Shown here piece by piece: positions 50,086 through 62,800 of a DNA stretch of 64,000 nucleotides. The notes under the pieces were generated by a model. It made no database searches, was not told the DNA's origin, and saw only the letters and a program-made list of their open reading frames with translations. A program made the translations under genes and the position numbers. Positions within the stretch are counted from its first letter, which is position 1; each line of letters begins with the position of its first letter. Source of the DNA: Somniosus microcephalus (lineage: Eukaryota); the NCBI GenBank assembly GCA_052327205.1, contig CM126219.1:24800001-24864000 (forward strand), read 5' to 3'.

Positions 50086-50285
50086 GTCTCCACTTGCCCT
50101 ATTACCATCTCGTCTGGTTTTGAATACCTCTTAATGTCTCTTTACTTCTTTTGTTCTATCGCAGCCCTGCCTTCGATCTATTTCATTTCCTTTCCAGTTT
50201 TGAAAAAGGGTTTCGACCCGAAACGTCGACTCTAATTTCTCTCCACGGATGTTGCTTGGTTTTTCCAGCATTTTCTGTTGTTATT
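50086..50285 (+). mobile_element. Penelope-like pseudo-LTR fragment
   Basis: Near-identical to 53527-53738. Confidence 0.65.
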
Positions 50286-50396
50286 CTGTGTTAAAACCAT
50301 TTCATTGCAGGAAATCTTTGGAATCTCTTCAATAGTATGTCGTTACTGAGTCCGGGCTTAATTAACTGCCTCCCTGTACTCTGCCAGGGATGCACT

Positions 50397-52298
50397 CCTT
50401 CTTCTGTTAGGCAATCCCTCGGAACCGAGGATGACTTGCTCCCACATTAAAAATGAGTTCTCAGGTGACTGATGAGTCCAATGAGGGACCTACAGTCTCT
50501 GTCACAGATGGGGCAGACGGTGGTTGAAGGGGCGGGTGGGTGGGGTGCTTGGGTTGATGTGCGCTCCTTGTGCTACTTGTGCTTGGCTTCTGCTTGCTCC
50601 TGGCGAAGAGACTCGAGGTGTTCGGCGCCTTCCCGGATGCTTCTCCTCCACTTTGTGCGGTCTTGGGCCAGGGATTCCCAGGTGTCGGTGGGGATGTTAC
50701 ACTTTTTCAAGGAGGCTTTGAGGGTGCCCTTGAAGCGTTTCCTCTGCCCACCTGGGGCTCTCTTGCCATGCTAGAGCTCGAGTAGCGCGCTTGTTTTGGG
50801 AGTCTCTTCTCGGGCATGCGGACAATGTGACCCGTCCATCGGAGCTGATCGAGCGTGGTCAAAGCTTTGATACTGGGTATGTTGGCCTGAGCATGAACAC
50901 TGACGTTGGTGCACCTACCCTGCCAATGGATTTGCAGGATCTTGCGGAGGCAAAGTTGGTGGTACCGCTCCAGTGCTTTGAGGTGCCTGCTGTACATGGT
51001 CCATGCCTCTGAGGCATACAGCAGAGCAGGTATCACAGCTGCTCTGTAGACCACGAGCTTAGTGCCGGATTTGAGGTCCTGGTCTTCAAACACTCTCTTC
51101 CTCACGTGACCAAAGGCTGCACTGGCACACTGAAGGCGGTGTTGGACTTCGTCATCGACGTTTGCCCTTGTTGATAGTAGGCTCCCAAGGTATGGAAAGT
51201 GGTCCACATTGTCCAAGGCCTTGCTGTGGATTTTGATAATCAGGGGACAGTACTGTGTGATGGGGGCAGGTTGGTAGAGGACTTTTGTTTTATGGATGTT
51301 TAGTGTAAGGCCCATGCTCTCGTACGCTTTGGTGAAGGTGTTGACGATGGTTTGGAGTTCGAAGTCCGAGTGAGCGCAGACACAAGCGTCATATACTGTA
51401 ATTCAACGACAGAGGATAGGACGACCTTGGATCTGTACTGGAGGTGACAGAGATTGAACAGTTTCCCGTTTGTTCTGTAAATTAGCTCCACTCCAACGGG
51501 GTGCTTACTGAGGGTGAGATGGAGCATTGCAGCAAGGAAGATCGAGAAGAGCGTTGGTGCGATGAAACAGCCTTGCTTGACCCCAGTCCATACGTGAATT
51601 GGGTCTGTGGTGGAACCGTTGGTCAGGGTCACGGCTTGCATGTCGTCATGAAGCAGGCGAAGGATGGTGGCAAACTTTTGAGCAGCCAAATTTGAGGAGG
51701 ACACTTCATAATCTCTCATGGTTGACAGTGTCGAAGGCCTTTGTGAGGTCAAATAAGGCCATGTACAGTGGTTGGTGCTGTTCGCTGCACTTCTCTTGTA
51801 ATTGATGAGCAGTGAAGATCATGTCCACTGTGCCCCTAAGTGGTCGGAATCCGCATTGCGACTCTGGGAGGAGCTCTTCAGCCACTGGGAGAAGGTGATT
51901 GAGGAGGATTCTTGCGATGACTTTCCCTGTGGCAGACAGCAGTGAAACTCCTCTGTAATTACCGCAATCAGATTTGTCACCTTTCTTGAAGATGGTCACA
52001 ATTACAGCGTCTCTGAGATCCCCTGGCATGCTCTCCTCCTTCCAGATAAGAGAAATTAGTTCCTGAATTCGCACCAGTAGTGCTTCTCCACCATGCTTTA
52101 GTGCCTCGGCAGGGATTCCATCTGCTCCTGAGCCCTTGTTGTTCTTCAGTTGTCAGATGGCCTTTTCAACCTCATGCCGGGCTGGGGTTGTGCTGAGTTG
52201 GTGGCGGGTAGCATGCTGCAGGATGGAGTTGAGGACACTCGCGTCCAAGACAGAGTCTCGGTTAAGGAGATCTTCGAAGTGCTCCTTCCAGCGGGTCC
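50397..52298 (-). mobile_element. 5'-truncated RTE LINE
   Basis: NYRGVSLL, ESQCGFR, DLTKAFD, GVKQGC, YLGS motifs in broken ORFs; AAG tail. Confidence 0.9.
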
Positions 52299-53320
52299 TT
52301 ATTGAGTACCTCTCCGTCCTTGGCAATCTTTGAAACCTCTTCAATAGTACATCGTTACTGAGACAGGGCTTAATGAATTGCCTCCCTGTACTCTGCCAGG
52401 GATGCACTATTATCCTGTCACTGACCATTCCAGTTACGCCGGGTGTCAATGGCTCCAATCACTTCAAGACATTTCATTGTTTCGGGGAGTTTTTAATGAT
52501 TAAGACGGAATGTCCTTTTCTGATTAGCAGCAGGAAGTTCAATATCAGCCATTATGTAAAATAGATTGGTATGAAAAGGAAATGTTTATGAAGATGCAGC
52601 ATGTCCTCACTTTCTCTGCTTTCTAAACTGAATCGAGATTATATCCATTTGTCCTTCTGATTCTGAGGTTACAAAGTAGTTTGGAGACAGGTCTGAGATG
52701 TAACTGTAGGTGTGCTTGTAATAAATTACCCCACTGTATCACTTAATGCCTCCTATAATAGAGCACGATAAGCTCTTATAGAATAACAACACATCCACGA
52801 CAATGTATCGCTATGGAAAATATTGTTGATCTATGAACTGTTAATGGAAAGAAACGAACAAATCTACTTTCCACATGTTTACATAAAACGGCTTTTGTTT
52901 CTGCTGCAACATGAGGTGTACGCCGCCTGAACCTTGGAAAAGGCTATGCAGAGCACACAGGTAAACCAAGGGTCCCTAAGTCAGCCTTTGAAGGACTTCA
53001 CTAACATTGACTGCAAACAGTGGTAGTATTTTCCATCCTTAGTAATAGGGACATAGGAACAGAAGTAGGTCATTCAGCCCTTCGAGCCTGTTCCGCCATT
53101 CAATCAGGTAATGACAGATCTGTATCTTAATTCCATCTACCCGCCTTGGTGCTGTTACCCTTAATACCCTTGTCTAACAAAAATCTATCAATCACAGTTT
53201 TGAAATTTTCAATTGACCTAGCGTTAACAGCTTTTTGCGGGAGAGAGTTCCAGATTTCCACTGTTTTTTGTGCTTCCTGTCATCATCCCTGAATGGCCGA
53301 GCTCTAATATGAGTTTATTT

Positions 53321-53767
53321 AGCACTTTGCAGCCTTCCGGACTCAATATCGAGTTCAACAATTTCAGATCATAACCTCGGCCCCTATTACATTTTTACTT
53401 ATATTTTTTATCCACCCCTTTGTTTTGGTTTTTCCCTCCCCTCCCCCCTTTCCTTTTTTTCTCTCTCCCACATGGCAACTGTCTCTCATTCTGCCAGAAC
53501 ATTTCACACCTAATCTGAGCCGTCTTTTGTCTCCACTAGTCCTATCACCATCTCGTCTCATTTTGAATACCTCTTAATGTCTCTTCACTTCTTTTGTTCC
53601 CTCGCAGCCCTGCCTTTCGATATATTTCATTTCCTTTCCAGTTTTGAAAAAGGGTTAGACCCGAAACGTCGACTCTAATTTCTCTCCACGGATGTTGCCT
53701 GGCCCGCTGAGTTTTTCCAGCATTTTCTGTTGTTATTTTGGATTTCCAGCATCTGCAGTATTTTGCT
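53321..53767 (+). mobile_element. Penelope-like element 3' end inserted in a minus-strand CR1
   Basis: TLQPSGLNIEFNNFRS* resembles the C-terminus of the GIY-YIG domain; followed by pLTR with gacccgaaacgtc. Confidence 0.7.
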
Positions 53768-56289
53768 ATCGTACATGAGTTTATGCCCCCTTGTTCTGGG
53801 CTCCCCCACCAGAGGAAATAGTTCCTCTCTATCTACCCTATCGAATCCTTTAATCATCTTAAACACCTCGATTAGATCACCCCTTAATCTTCTATACTCG
53901 AGGGAATACAAGCCTAGTCTGTGCAACCTGCCCTCATATTTTAGCCCTTTTAGACCTGATATCATTCTGGTGAATTTGCACTGCACCCCTCCAAGGCCAG
54001 TATATCCTTCCTGAGTTGTGATGCTTAGAACTAAACGGAATGCTCTAAATGGGGTCTAACCGAAGCTTTATATAATTATAACATAATTTCAACCCTTTGT
54101 ATTCCAGCCCCTTTGAGATAAAGACCAAGGCCTGAGTTTTTCCATTGAAGAGAGTGCGGGTTTGCGAGCGGGTGGGCAGTTAAAAGCTCGTCAGCAAGCC
54201 GCCTTCAACCCGCTGACTTCCGCCTCGGGCGTGTTAATCAGCACGCCAGAGACCTGCTCAGGAGAGGCGGGTGACCGAATTAAAGTATTTAATAGCTCGT
54301 TAACAGACTATTAACACACTTTATAACCTGATGTTGCAGCTTTTACTGGCTGTGCATGGGATTCGCGGGCTTCCTGAACCTCGCCTGAAAGCAAGGGATG
54401 AGCTGAGCGGTCATTGTACGAGTTGAAAAGATCACACCTCACACCTGCTTCCTTGTCTAAGGGAAAGGTTCTTGTTGACACCATTTGTACTGAGAATTTG
54501 CTTTCAGGAGTTTGCAGGTGAGTTCTACAACTTCGGAAGCCACTCTCACTACGTTGGAGGAATATGTCTCTGCTGTCCACTATACCTGGCATCTATCAGG
54601 TCAGTATGGATGCCGCTTATACTATTTCACCTTGGAGCTCAGATTCGGGACAAGATGAGCCCCAGCAGCAACAACACCAGCAACACCAGCAGCAACAGCA
54701 ACAGCAACAGCAGCAACCTTCTCCTCAACGACCTGCCACTCCACAGGAGAGAGGGGATGAGCACAGGGGTGCAGCTCAAAGGAGGCGATTCCCCCAACAC
54801 AGGGTATACAGGCAGAGGATCAGCTTCCTGGACATGACTGAGCAGCAGGAGGCTCAGGCTATCGCGTCAGGTCATGGCAGACATTTGTAGCTTGCTGGAA
54901 GAAGACCTGCTGCCAAGTGGACCTGGTGGACACGCCTTACCAGTGGCTGTCAAAGTCACCACCGCCCTCAATTTCTTCGCCTCAGGCTCCTTCCAGGGAT
55001 CTGTAGCAGACATTTGCAGGATCTCACAGTCAGCCGTGCACAAATGCATCACCCAGGTGACCGATGCCATGTTTCACAAGTGTGCGCTTGGCTTTGCAGC
55101 TCTGGCTTGCTTCCCACAGGTGCAGGGCGTCATCGACTGCACACATGTGCGCATCAAGGCACCTCCAGATCACCCAGGAGTGTTCGTGAACTGGAAGGGC
55201 TTCCACTCCCTCAATGTGTAGCTCATCTGCAACCACAAAAAGATCATCATGCATGTCTGTGCCAGATTCCCTGGCACCTGTCATGACTCTTTTGCCCTGT
55301 GCCAGTCCACCCTCCCTCAGCTCTTTGCACCTCTGACCAGACTTACCGGCTGTCTGCTTGGAGACAAGGGGTATCCACTGAAGATGTAGCTGATGACACC
55401 CTTGAGGAGGCTAAGCAACGAGGCTGAAGCGCTCTATTATCAAAGCCATATGATGACTAGATGTGTCATAGAACAAGCAATCGGCATGCTGAAGATGCTC
55501 TTCAGATGCCTGGACAGATCTGGAGCCCTTCAGTACGCACCAGCCAGGGTCTCCAGGATGATCGTCGTATGCTGCGCTCTGTACAACAAAATGCAGCAGC
55601 CATGTTTGGAGCTCCAACAGGAGTAAGGCAAGGAGGAGGCAGATGAGGAGGAGGAGCAGGTGGAACACGTGGAGGAGGAGGAGCAGGTGGAACACGAGGA
55701 GGAGGAGGAGGATGAGCAGGTGGAACACGAGGAGCAGGAGGAGGAGGGGCAGGTGGAACACGAGGAGGAGGAGGAGAAGGAACCTGAGGTGGAGATGGCA
55801 CCAGCAGCGGCGCACATTGCTACCCGGGAGGCCTGGGATGGCATGATTTAGTTAAGTTGCACCAGTGCACCCATATGGCACCCAGATGCTGAAGCAACTT
55901 TCCCACCCCATCAACACCACAAAGCAGTCTTAAAATGACCAAACCATCCCTGTCACTCACGCACCCATTGTTCGAGGTTAAGTAATGTCTTACCATTCAA
56001 TCCAACTGACAATGCCACTTCCCAGGTAGCAGGCAAAAATGGACAATATGGGTCAAGATGGGAAAGTGGTGCAAAGAAATAAATTTATGTGGCTCATAAA
56101 TTGAACTGAAACTTAACCCTATAACATTTTGGAACACAGCTGAGCAGAGCTGGGAGCGTCCTATGCCTTCCAATGAGGACTCTCCACTGCTGTCCCTGTC
56201 TCCACCATCTGCTCTTGCTCACTTGTGATTAGTGAGACACCAGGTGACAACACTGCTCTCTCTCTCACTGGACTCATCGACGTGTGTGT

Positions 56290-56520
56290 AACTGTGCTGG
56301 TGCAGATGTGACTTGTGATGAGGGCCGCACCACCACCGTGGCAGTTTGAGCAGCGCAGGCGGTGGAAACTATAGCCAGGTGGGGTGGTTTCGGTAAGGGG
56401 CAAGGTGTTGCTGCTTGTGAGTCAAGTTTTAAAGCCTGGATGCCAATGAAGCCATCCACAGTAAGGTTGTGGATGGCAAGGGCTTTACTCACAAGTGAAT
56501 AGACATTCTGGAGGGTGATT
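56290..56520 (-). mobile_element. L2-type endonuclease fragment
   Basis: LTETTPPGYSF...GGGAALI. Confidence 0.55.
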
Positions 56521-56741
56521 GTTTAATGTGGTGGATGGGATGCCAATCAAATGTAGGAGCAACTCTCTCTCGAGGGCTGCTGTACGCATAGGCATGGAAT
56601 GGACACCTTAGAATATGCTGTGTATCTTACAGACAAAGGGTACAACCAGTGGTGTATCCTTTAGAATATACTGCACAGCATATATGTGAAATGTACTTGG
56701 AAGATATAACACCAAAATAAAATTCTTCAAACAATGCAGTA

Positions 56742-57242
56742 GCGAGGGTACAGAGGAGATTTACAAGGATGTTGCCAGAACTGGAGAATTATAGCTATGA
56801 GGAAAGATTGGGTAGACTGGGGTTGTTTTCTTTGCAACAGAGGAGGCTGAGGGGAGACTTAATTGAGGTGTATAAAATTCTGAGGTGCCTAGATAGAGTG
56901 GATAGGAAGGACCTATTTCCCTTAGCAGAGAGGTCAATAATCAGGGGGCATAGATTTAACGTAATTGGTAGAAGGATTAGAGGGGAGTTGAGGAGAACTT
57001 TTTTTACCCAGAGGGTGGTGGGGGTCTGGAACTCACTGCCTGAAAGGGTGATAGAGGCAGAAACCCTCATCACATTTAAAAAGTACTTGGATATACACTT
57101 GAAGTGCCGTAACCTACAAAGCTACAGACCAAGAGCTGGAAAGTGGGATTAGGCTGGATAGTTCTTTTTCGGCCGGCACGAACATGATGGGCCGAATGGC
57201 CTCCTTCTGTGCCGTCAATTTCTATGATTCTCTGATTCTATG
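56742..57242 (+). mobile_element. 5'-truncated CR1
   Basis: ORF 56769-57152; (ATTCTATG)-type tail. Confidence 0.85.
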
Positions 57243-58096
57243 CTGGGTGCACATGAGCCACGAACTCCTTTTGAGCGCCACCTTTTCATCCGTGGGCAAA
57301 TTTTACAACAATGACAACAACAACCTTTACAACAACAACTGTTACACCAACAACGGTAGCAACAGCAGCCACTTAACAGCATATGTACAGTAATGCCAAA
57401 TTGCAACCCCACCGTCTCAAATCGTGAGACAGCCAGACAAGGTTCTATACAAGTTTAACGTAATTTCTCTGCTTTTGAATTCTATTCCTCTAGAAATGAG
57501 CCCCAGTGCTTTATTTACACTTTTATGACATTTTAACCTGCATTGTTACTTTTAATAATTTGTGAATCTCTATCCCTAGATCCCTTTGCACCTCGGCTCC
57601 ATTTAGTCTCTTATTTTCCAAGGAGTAGGTGGCCTCCTTATTCCTCCTGCCAAAATGCACCACCTCAGACTTATCTATATTGAAATTCATTTGTCATTTA
57701 CACACCCATTCTGCAAGATTGTTTACAGTAAAATTGACATCACTTGCCCGTATTTTTTTCTGGCTTTAAACAATTATCCAAATTAAAAAAAATAAAAATT
57801 CCCGTATTTCTGTTTCTGACAAAGGCAGCCTTTGTTGCCCCCAGGCGGTCTGAATTCTTCAGCAGACAGACGTGCTAATTGGGTTGGCCTGTAGAAAGTG
57901 AGGTGCCTCAACATTTCTAAAAATATAAACCTGACGCCAGAATTCTGAATTTCAAAAGTAAGCTCCAATTTTCCCCACTTTTTATGTTATTAAGGTTTTT
58001 ATTAACTTTCATCAGCAACAAGACTAAAACCATAAATCCACCCCTGGTGCAATATTGGATTTAGCAAAAAGTAGCAAATAAAAGTAAGTTAAACTC

Positions 58097-58495
58097 GCTC
58101 AGAAAGGCTCTGCTCAGGAATGGTCCCGCTCAGACAGGCCCCGCTCAGACTGGTCCCACTTAGACAGGCCCCGCTCAGACTGGTCCCATTCAGACTGGCC
58201 CCGCTCAGAAATGGCCCCACTCAGACTGGTGCCACTCAGACTGGCCCCGCTCAGACTGGCCTCGCTCAGGAATGGCCCCACTCAGACTGGCCCCACTCAG
58301 ACTGGCCCCGCTCAGACTGGCCTTGCTCAGGAATGGCCCCACTCCGATTTACTCAGCTCAGAAAGGCTTTGCTCAGGAACGGCCCCGCTCAGACTGGTCC
58401 CACTTACACTGGCTCCGCTCAGGAAAGGCCCCACTGAGACTGGCCCCGCTCAGACTGGCCCCGCTCAGAAAGGCCCCACTCAGGCTGACCCTGCT
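58097..58495. repeat. 15-16-bp minisatellite (CTCAGACTGGCCCCR)
   Basis: About 25 degenerate tandem units. Confidence 0.85.
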
Positions 58496-59893
58496 CCAAT
58501 TTAACCCGCGCGGACTGTGCAGTTTGTGTAACACAGGCCGCTGATGCCAAAGGAGAAGGAGGGAGACGCTGCCCTCATCACCATGGCAATCGGCTGAGCG
58601 CGGCTCCTCCACAGCTTCTGCCTGCAGCACGTGGAACTTCCCAGAGGCCGACACAACCAGCCCCTCACCCACTCCCTCATCATGTGGCCGCTGCCCCAAC
58701 TCCTTTGTTACTTTCCGATTGGGATCGGCTCTGAGGTCGCAGGACTCACAAATGACTCTGTCTGCATCCCGGGCCATTGTGTATTGGGCCCCTCTCCTGC
58801 TCCGGCAGTCCAGTTCTCCACGCGGCATTTAATTTGAAGTGCGCGCGAGCGCTGGGACGTGTGCGCAGTCGCGCAGCTGTGCACCTTAGAGGAAACAGTG
58901 GTCGGAGTGACACGCACATCAGGATGTAATTGAATGTGGCATTGTATTCACCTTTCCTGACCTTGTGAGGTCATTAAATCTCTTCCTGCACTGTATCCAG
59001 GACCTGGTAACTGCACTCCTGCTGCTCACATCTTCCGCGATCTCCAGCCATGCCCTCTTTGTCTGGGCTGCTGGCCTTTTTCTCCCGTCACCAGTGAAGA
59101 GGATCTCCCTGCAGGCCCTGACTCCCTGGAGCAGGATTTCCGGGGAGGCATCACTGAATCTGGGGGCAGCTTTTTGGCGCAGAGCCTGCATTTTTGCTTC
59201 ACAACCTTTCTAACGTTGTATTCCAACAATGAGCTAAGTCAGACAACAATTCACTGTCTCCCCCACCAACCTCTCCTGCACCTCCGCCAACCTTCAACTG
59301 TTATCTGTGCAATGCTCCTTTAAATAGCTGAGCTGAAGTCGTGTCATCCATGACATCATCAGACCCGCTCCAGTTAACTGGCCGGGAAAGCCGCATGACT
59401 GATTCAATTGCAGTGGTTTCATTAAAATGCCGCTGCAGAACGCGCTGATAGAATGTCTGGGCTGCCAACCCGCTCCACGGCCTCCCTGCACCCAACCCGA
59501 CGGAAAGGTAAAAATTCAGTCCCAACATTCCATTAGCCTTTTAAATTATTTTTTGTACCTTTCTACTAGCTTTTAGTATATTATGTACTTGGATCCCTAA
59601 ATCTCTCTGCTTCACAGTTCCTGGCTTCTCACCATTTAGAAAATACTCTGATCTATCTTTCTTAGGTCCAAAGTGGATGACCTCACACTTCCCACATTGA
59701 ACTCCAGTTTTTCCCACTCACTTCATCTATCAATGTCCCTTTGCAATGATCTACACTATTTACTTTGCCCCCTAACTTGGTGTCGTCAGCAAACTTGGAT
59801 AGATGGCTCTCTATTCCTTCATCCAAGTCATTTATAAATATATAGTGAAAAGCTGAGGCCTCAGTACAGATCCCTGGGAGACAGCATTAGTCA

Positions 59894-62800
59894 TGTTCTG
59901 GACTTATGGACATTTTACATGCAGATAGCACCCTCTGGTAGTGGTTATTGTGTTAGCAGTGTTTGTATGCAGCAGAGGTCAGTTGACCTTTCTTCCTGTT
60001 TGACCCAGGAAGGAGTTTTCCCAGAAAGAACCTGACTTGAGTAATGGAGAATTCCATGAGGGATTCGCAATCCAGTGTAATCTGATCTCATATGTTAGGC
60101 CATATGCAATATCTGTGATAGCAACTTTGTCAGTGTAGTATTTTGACAATACTATGTTTATAAGAAGTAATAGTTAGTATTTACAGAAGTACAGTCCAAA
60201 TGTTAGTTAGTTATACAATTAGTCTATTCTACTGTTGTAAATATGTTTATATCTTATGTAATATCTAATGTATATTACTCAGTTTTATGTACAAAACATA
60301 CTTTGTCTTTGTTTACAGTTTCACAAATTTGTTCAAGTAAAGCTTCAAAACAGCAAATCGGCTTCGAGGAATTATTTGAATAAGTGTTTAACTTGCTGGA
60401 TAACTAGATAGGAGCACGTCTAGTGAGGCCAGTACAGTGAAAAGATAGCAATACGGCTAGCTGTGAAGAGTGGAGCAGCAGGAACTCAGAGTAAGCCTTA
60501 ACCTTGTACACCACACCTACCTCACATCAACATGTCAGAAGATAATAAAGAAAATGCTTTGCAGCGAGGAGAAGACCTTAAACAGGAAGACGAAACTGTA
60601 GAATGTGACAATCGGTCTATAAGCTCCGGGTACTACAGATCACAAGCTGGTTCACGGTCATCAGGTGGTTCTAGAGTAAGCATGGCCATCGCCAAAGCAC
60701 GGGCTAAGCTAGTAGCAGCTCAAGCCAGAGCTGCGCATGCGGACAGTGAAATAGAAATAAAAGTAAGACAGGCCCGTCTCCAAGCTGAACTCCAAGCTGA
60801 CCAGGCCCGTCACCAAGCTGACCAGGCCCAACTCCAAGCTGACCAGGCCTGTCACCAAGTTGAACGCCAGGCTGAACAGGCCTGTCACCAAGCTGACCTG
60901 GCCCATTACCAGGTTGAACGACAAGCTGAACAGGCCCGTCTCCAAGCTGACCAGGCCCGTCACCAGGTTGGACGCCAGTCTGAACAGGCCCGTCTCCAAG
61001 CCACATTAGACGCCCTGCAGCAACAAAAAGAGATAGATGCTGCATTAGCTGAGACACAAGCATTCGAGGCAATTTTGGAGGGAGCTGATCCTGAGACAGC
61101 TTACAAACCTTTAATTCCCGTTCCGTGGCAGAGTCAACGACAGCGCACCATAGATTACGTGAGCGACTATGCCGACATACAGTTTACAGGAGAGAGGGAT
61201 GAAGGCCCGCACATCTCTACAGATGCAAGCACTTCGTATAACATGCCCCAAGTTGCCAACCAAGGTCAAAGTAGACAGCGTGCCTCAAGCCGCAGAGTCT
61301 CCACCAGCAGAATGGAAGACACGGTGCAAAGGAATAGAACGCTGAATAGAGAAAGTCAGCAGCAAACCCCCTCTCGTTTCCTTGAGACCCCTAACAGAGC
61401 CCCTATTCAGGGCAACCCTGGCACAGGTCCCAGCACCTACGACCTTGCCAAATACCTTGCACGTAGCCAGCTGGTGACTACAGGGTTAACAAAATTTGAT
61501 GACAGGCCGGAGAATTATTGGGCTTGGAAGTCCTGCTTCCACGATGCCATATCGGGCTTAGACCTGTCGGCAGGAGAAGAGCTCGGCCTTCTTATCAAAT
61601 GGCTCGGCCCAGAGTCCGCCGAACAGGCACGCAGGATAAAAGCGGTCAATGTGGGACAACCGCCAGCGGGGTTGAAGATGGCTTGGGCGAGGCTGGAAGA
61701 AAGCTACGGCTCGCCTGAAGCCATTGAAAGGGCTCTCTTTGACAGGTTGGAGAACTTTCCGAAGTTGACGAATAAGGAACCCCAGAAGCTCCGCGACCTT
61801 GGAGATCTGCTGTCGGAACTCGAAGCCGCAAAGCAGGACGGCTACCTACCCAGTCTATCGTACTTAGACACTTCCAGAGGGGTAAGTCCCATCATTGAGA
61901 AGCTTCCATTTAACCTGCAGGAGAAGTGGATAACGTTTGGATCAAAGTTCAAGCTAAAGCACAACGTGGCCTTCCCACCATTCTCTGCGTTTGTCAAATT
62001 CATCCGTAAAGAAGCCAAAGCCAGGAATGACCCCAGCTTCAACCTCTTCTCCTCCCACCCAGCACTTGCCAGAAGAGACAAGTTCGACAGACATGGAAAG
62101 ACACCAATATCTATCCACAGAATGCAAGTGTCTTCAACTGAGAACACAAAGGTTCAGAAGAAACCTGAGGATATGAGCAAACAATGCCCTATCCACAACA
62201 AGCCCCATCCATTAAAGAAGTGCAGAGGCTTCAGGGAGATGTCCCTGGAAGATCGGAAACAGTATCTCAAAGAGAACTCTATATGTTTCAAGTGCTGCTC
62301 TTCCACGAGCCATCTCACCAAGAACTGCAAGGTAGATGCAAAATGCACAGAATGTGAAAGTGATCGGCACATTTCAGCACTCCACCCAGGCCCAGCTCCT
62401 TGGAAATCAGAGTCGCCTCCTCCTGCCTCAGAGCACGGCGGGGAGAGAGAGGGAGCTGCCGGTCCGGAGATTACATCTAGGTGCACCGAGGTGTGTGGAG
62501 AAGGAGTGAGCGCAAGAGCATGCTCCAAGCTATGCCTCGTTAATGTGTACCCTGTAGGACGTCGCCAAGAATCTGAGAAGACGTATGCCATACTAGACGA
62601 ACAAAGCAATCGTTCTCTAGCAAGATCCGAGTTCTTCAACATCTTCAAGGTCAAAGGAAGTCTGTCGCCTTACACGCTGAAGATGTGTGCTGGACTTTCA
62701 GAGACAGCCAGCAGGAGGGCCTGCGGTTACGTTGTTGAGTCAGTCGACGGGAAGATTAGCCTCCCCCTTCCTACACTCATCGAATGTAATCAAGTCCCCG

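Larger units (their letters stand above)
54129..59522. mobile_element. decayed autonomous-type Harbinger transposon: transposase (+, about 54600-55850) and Myb/SANT gene (-, 59191-58950 plus a remnant at 56160-56275)
   Basis: TIR GGCCTGAGTTTTTCC / GGTAAAAATTCAGTCC; TSD CAA; HARBI1-like motifs [48 protein letters not shown] with stops and frameshifts. Confidence 0.9.
53051..59893 (-). mobile_element. fragmented CR1 (53051-53310, 53775-54128, 59523-59893) split by Penelope and Harbinger and cut by the BEL element
   Basis: CR1 sequence is continuous across the Harbinger TSD (gagataaagaccaa|cattccattagcc). Confidence 0.75.

Noticed and set aside
54600-55851. Host HARBI1 gene or polyQ/polyE protein
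   Set aside because: It lies inside TIRs and a TSD and has several stops and frameshifts, so it is a decayed transposase with microsatellite-like tracts.
58120-58544. LAPLR-repeat ORFs
   Set aside because: Translation of a 15-16-bp minisatellite.
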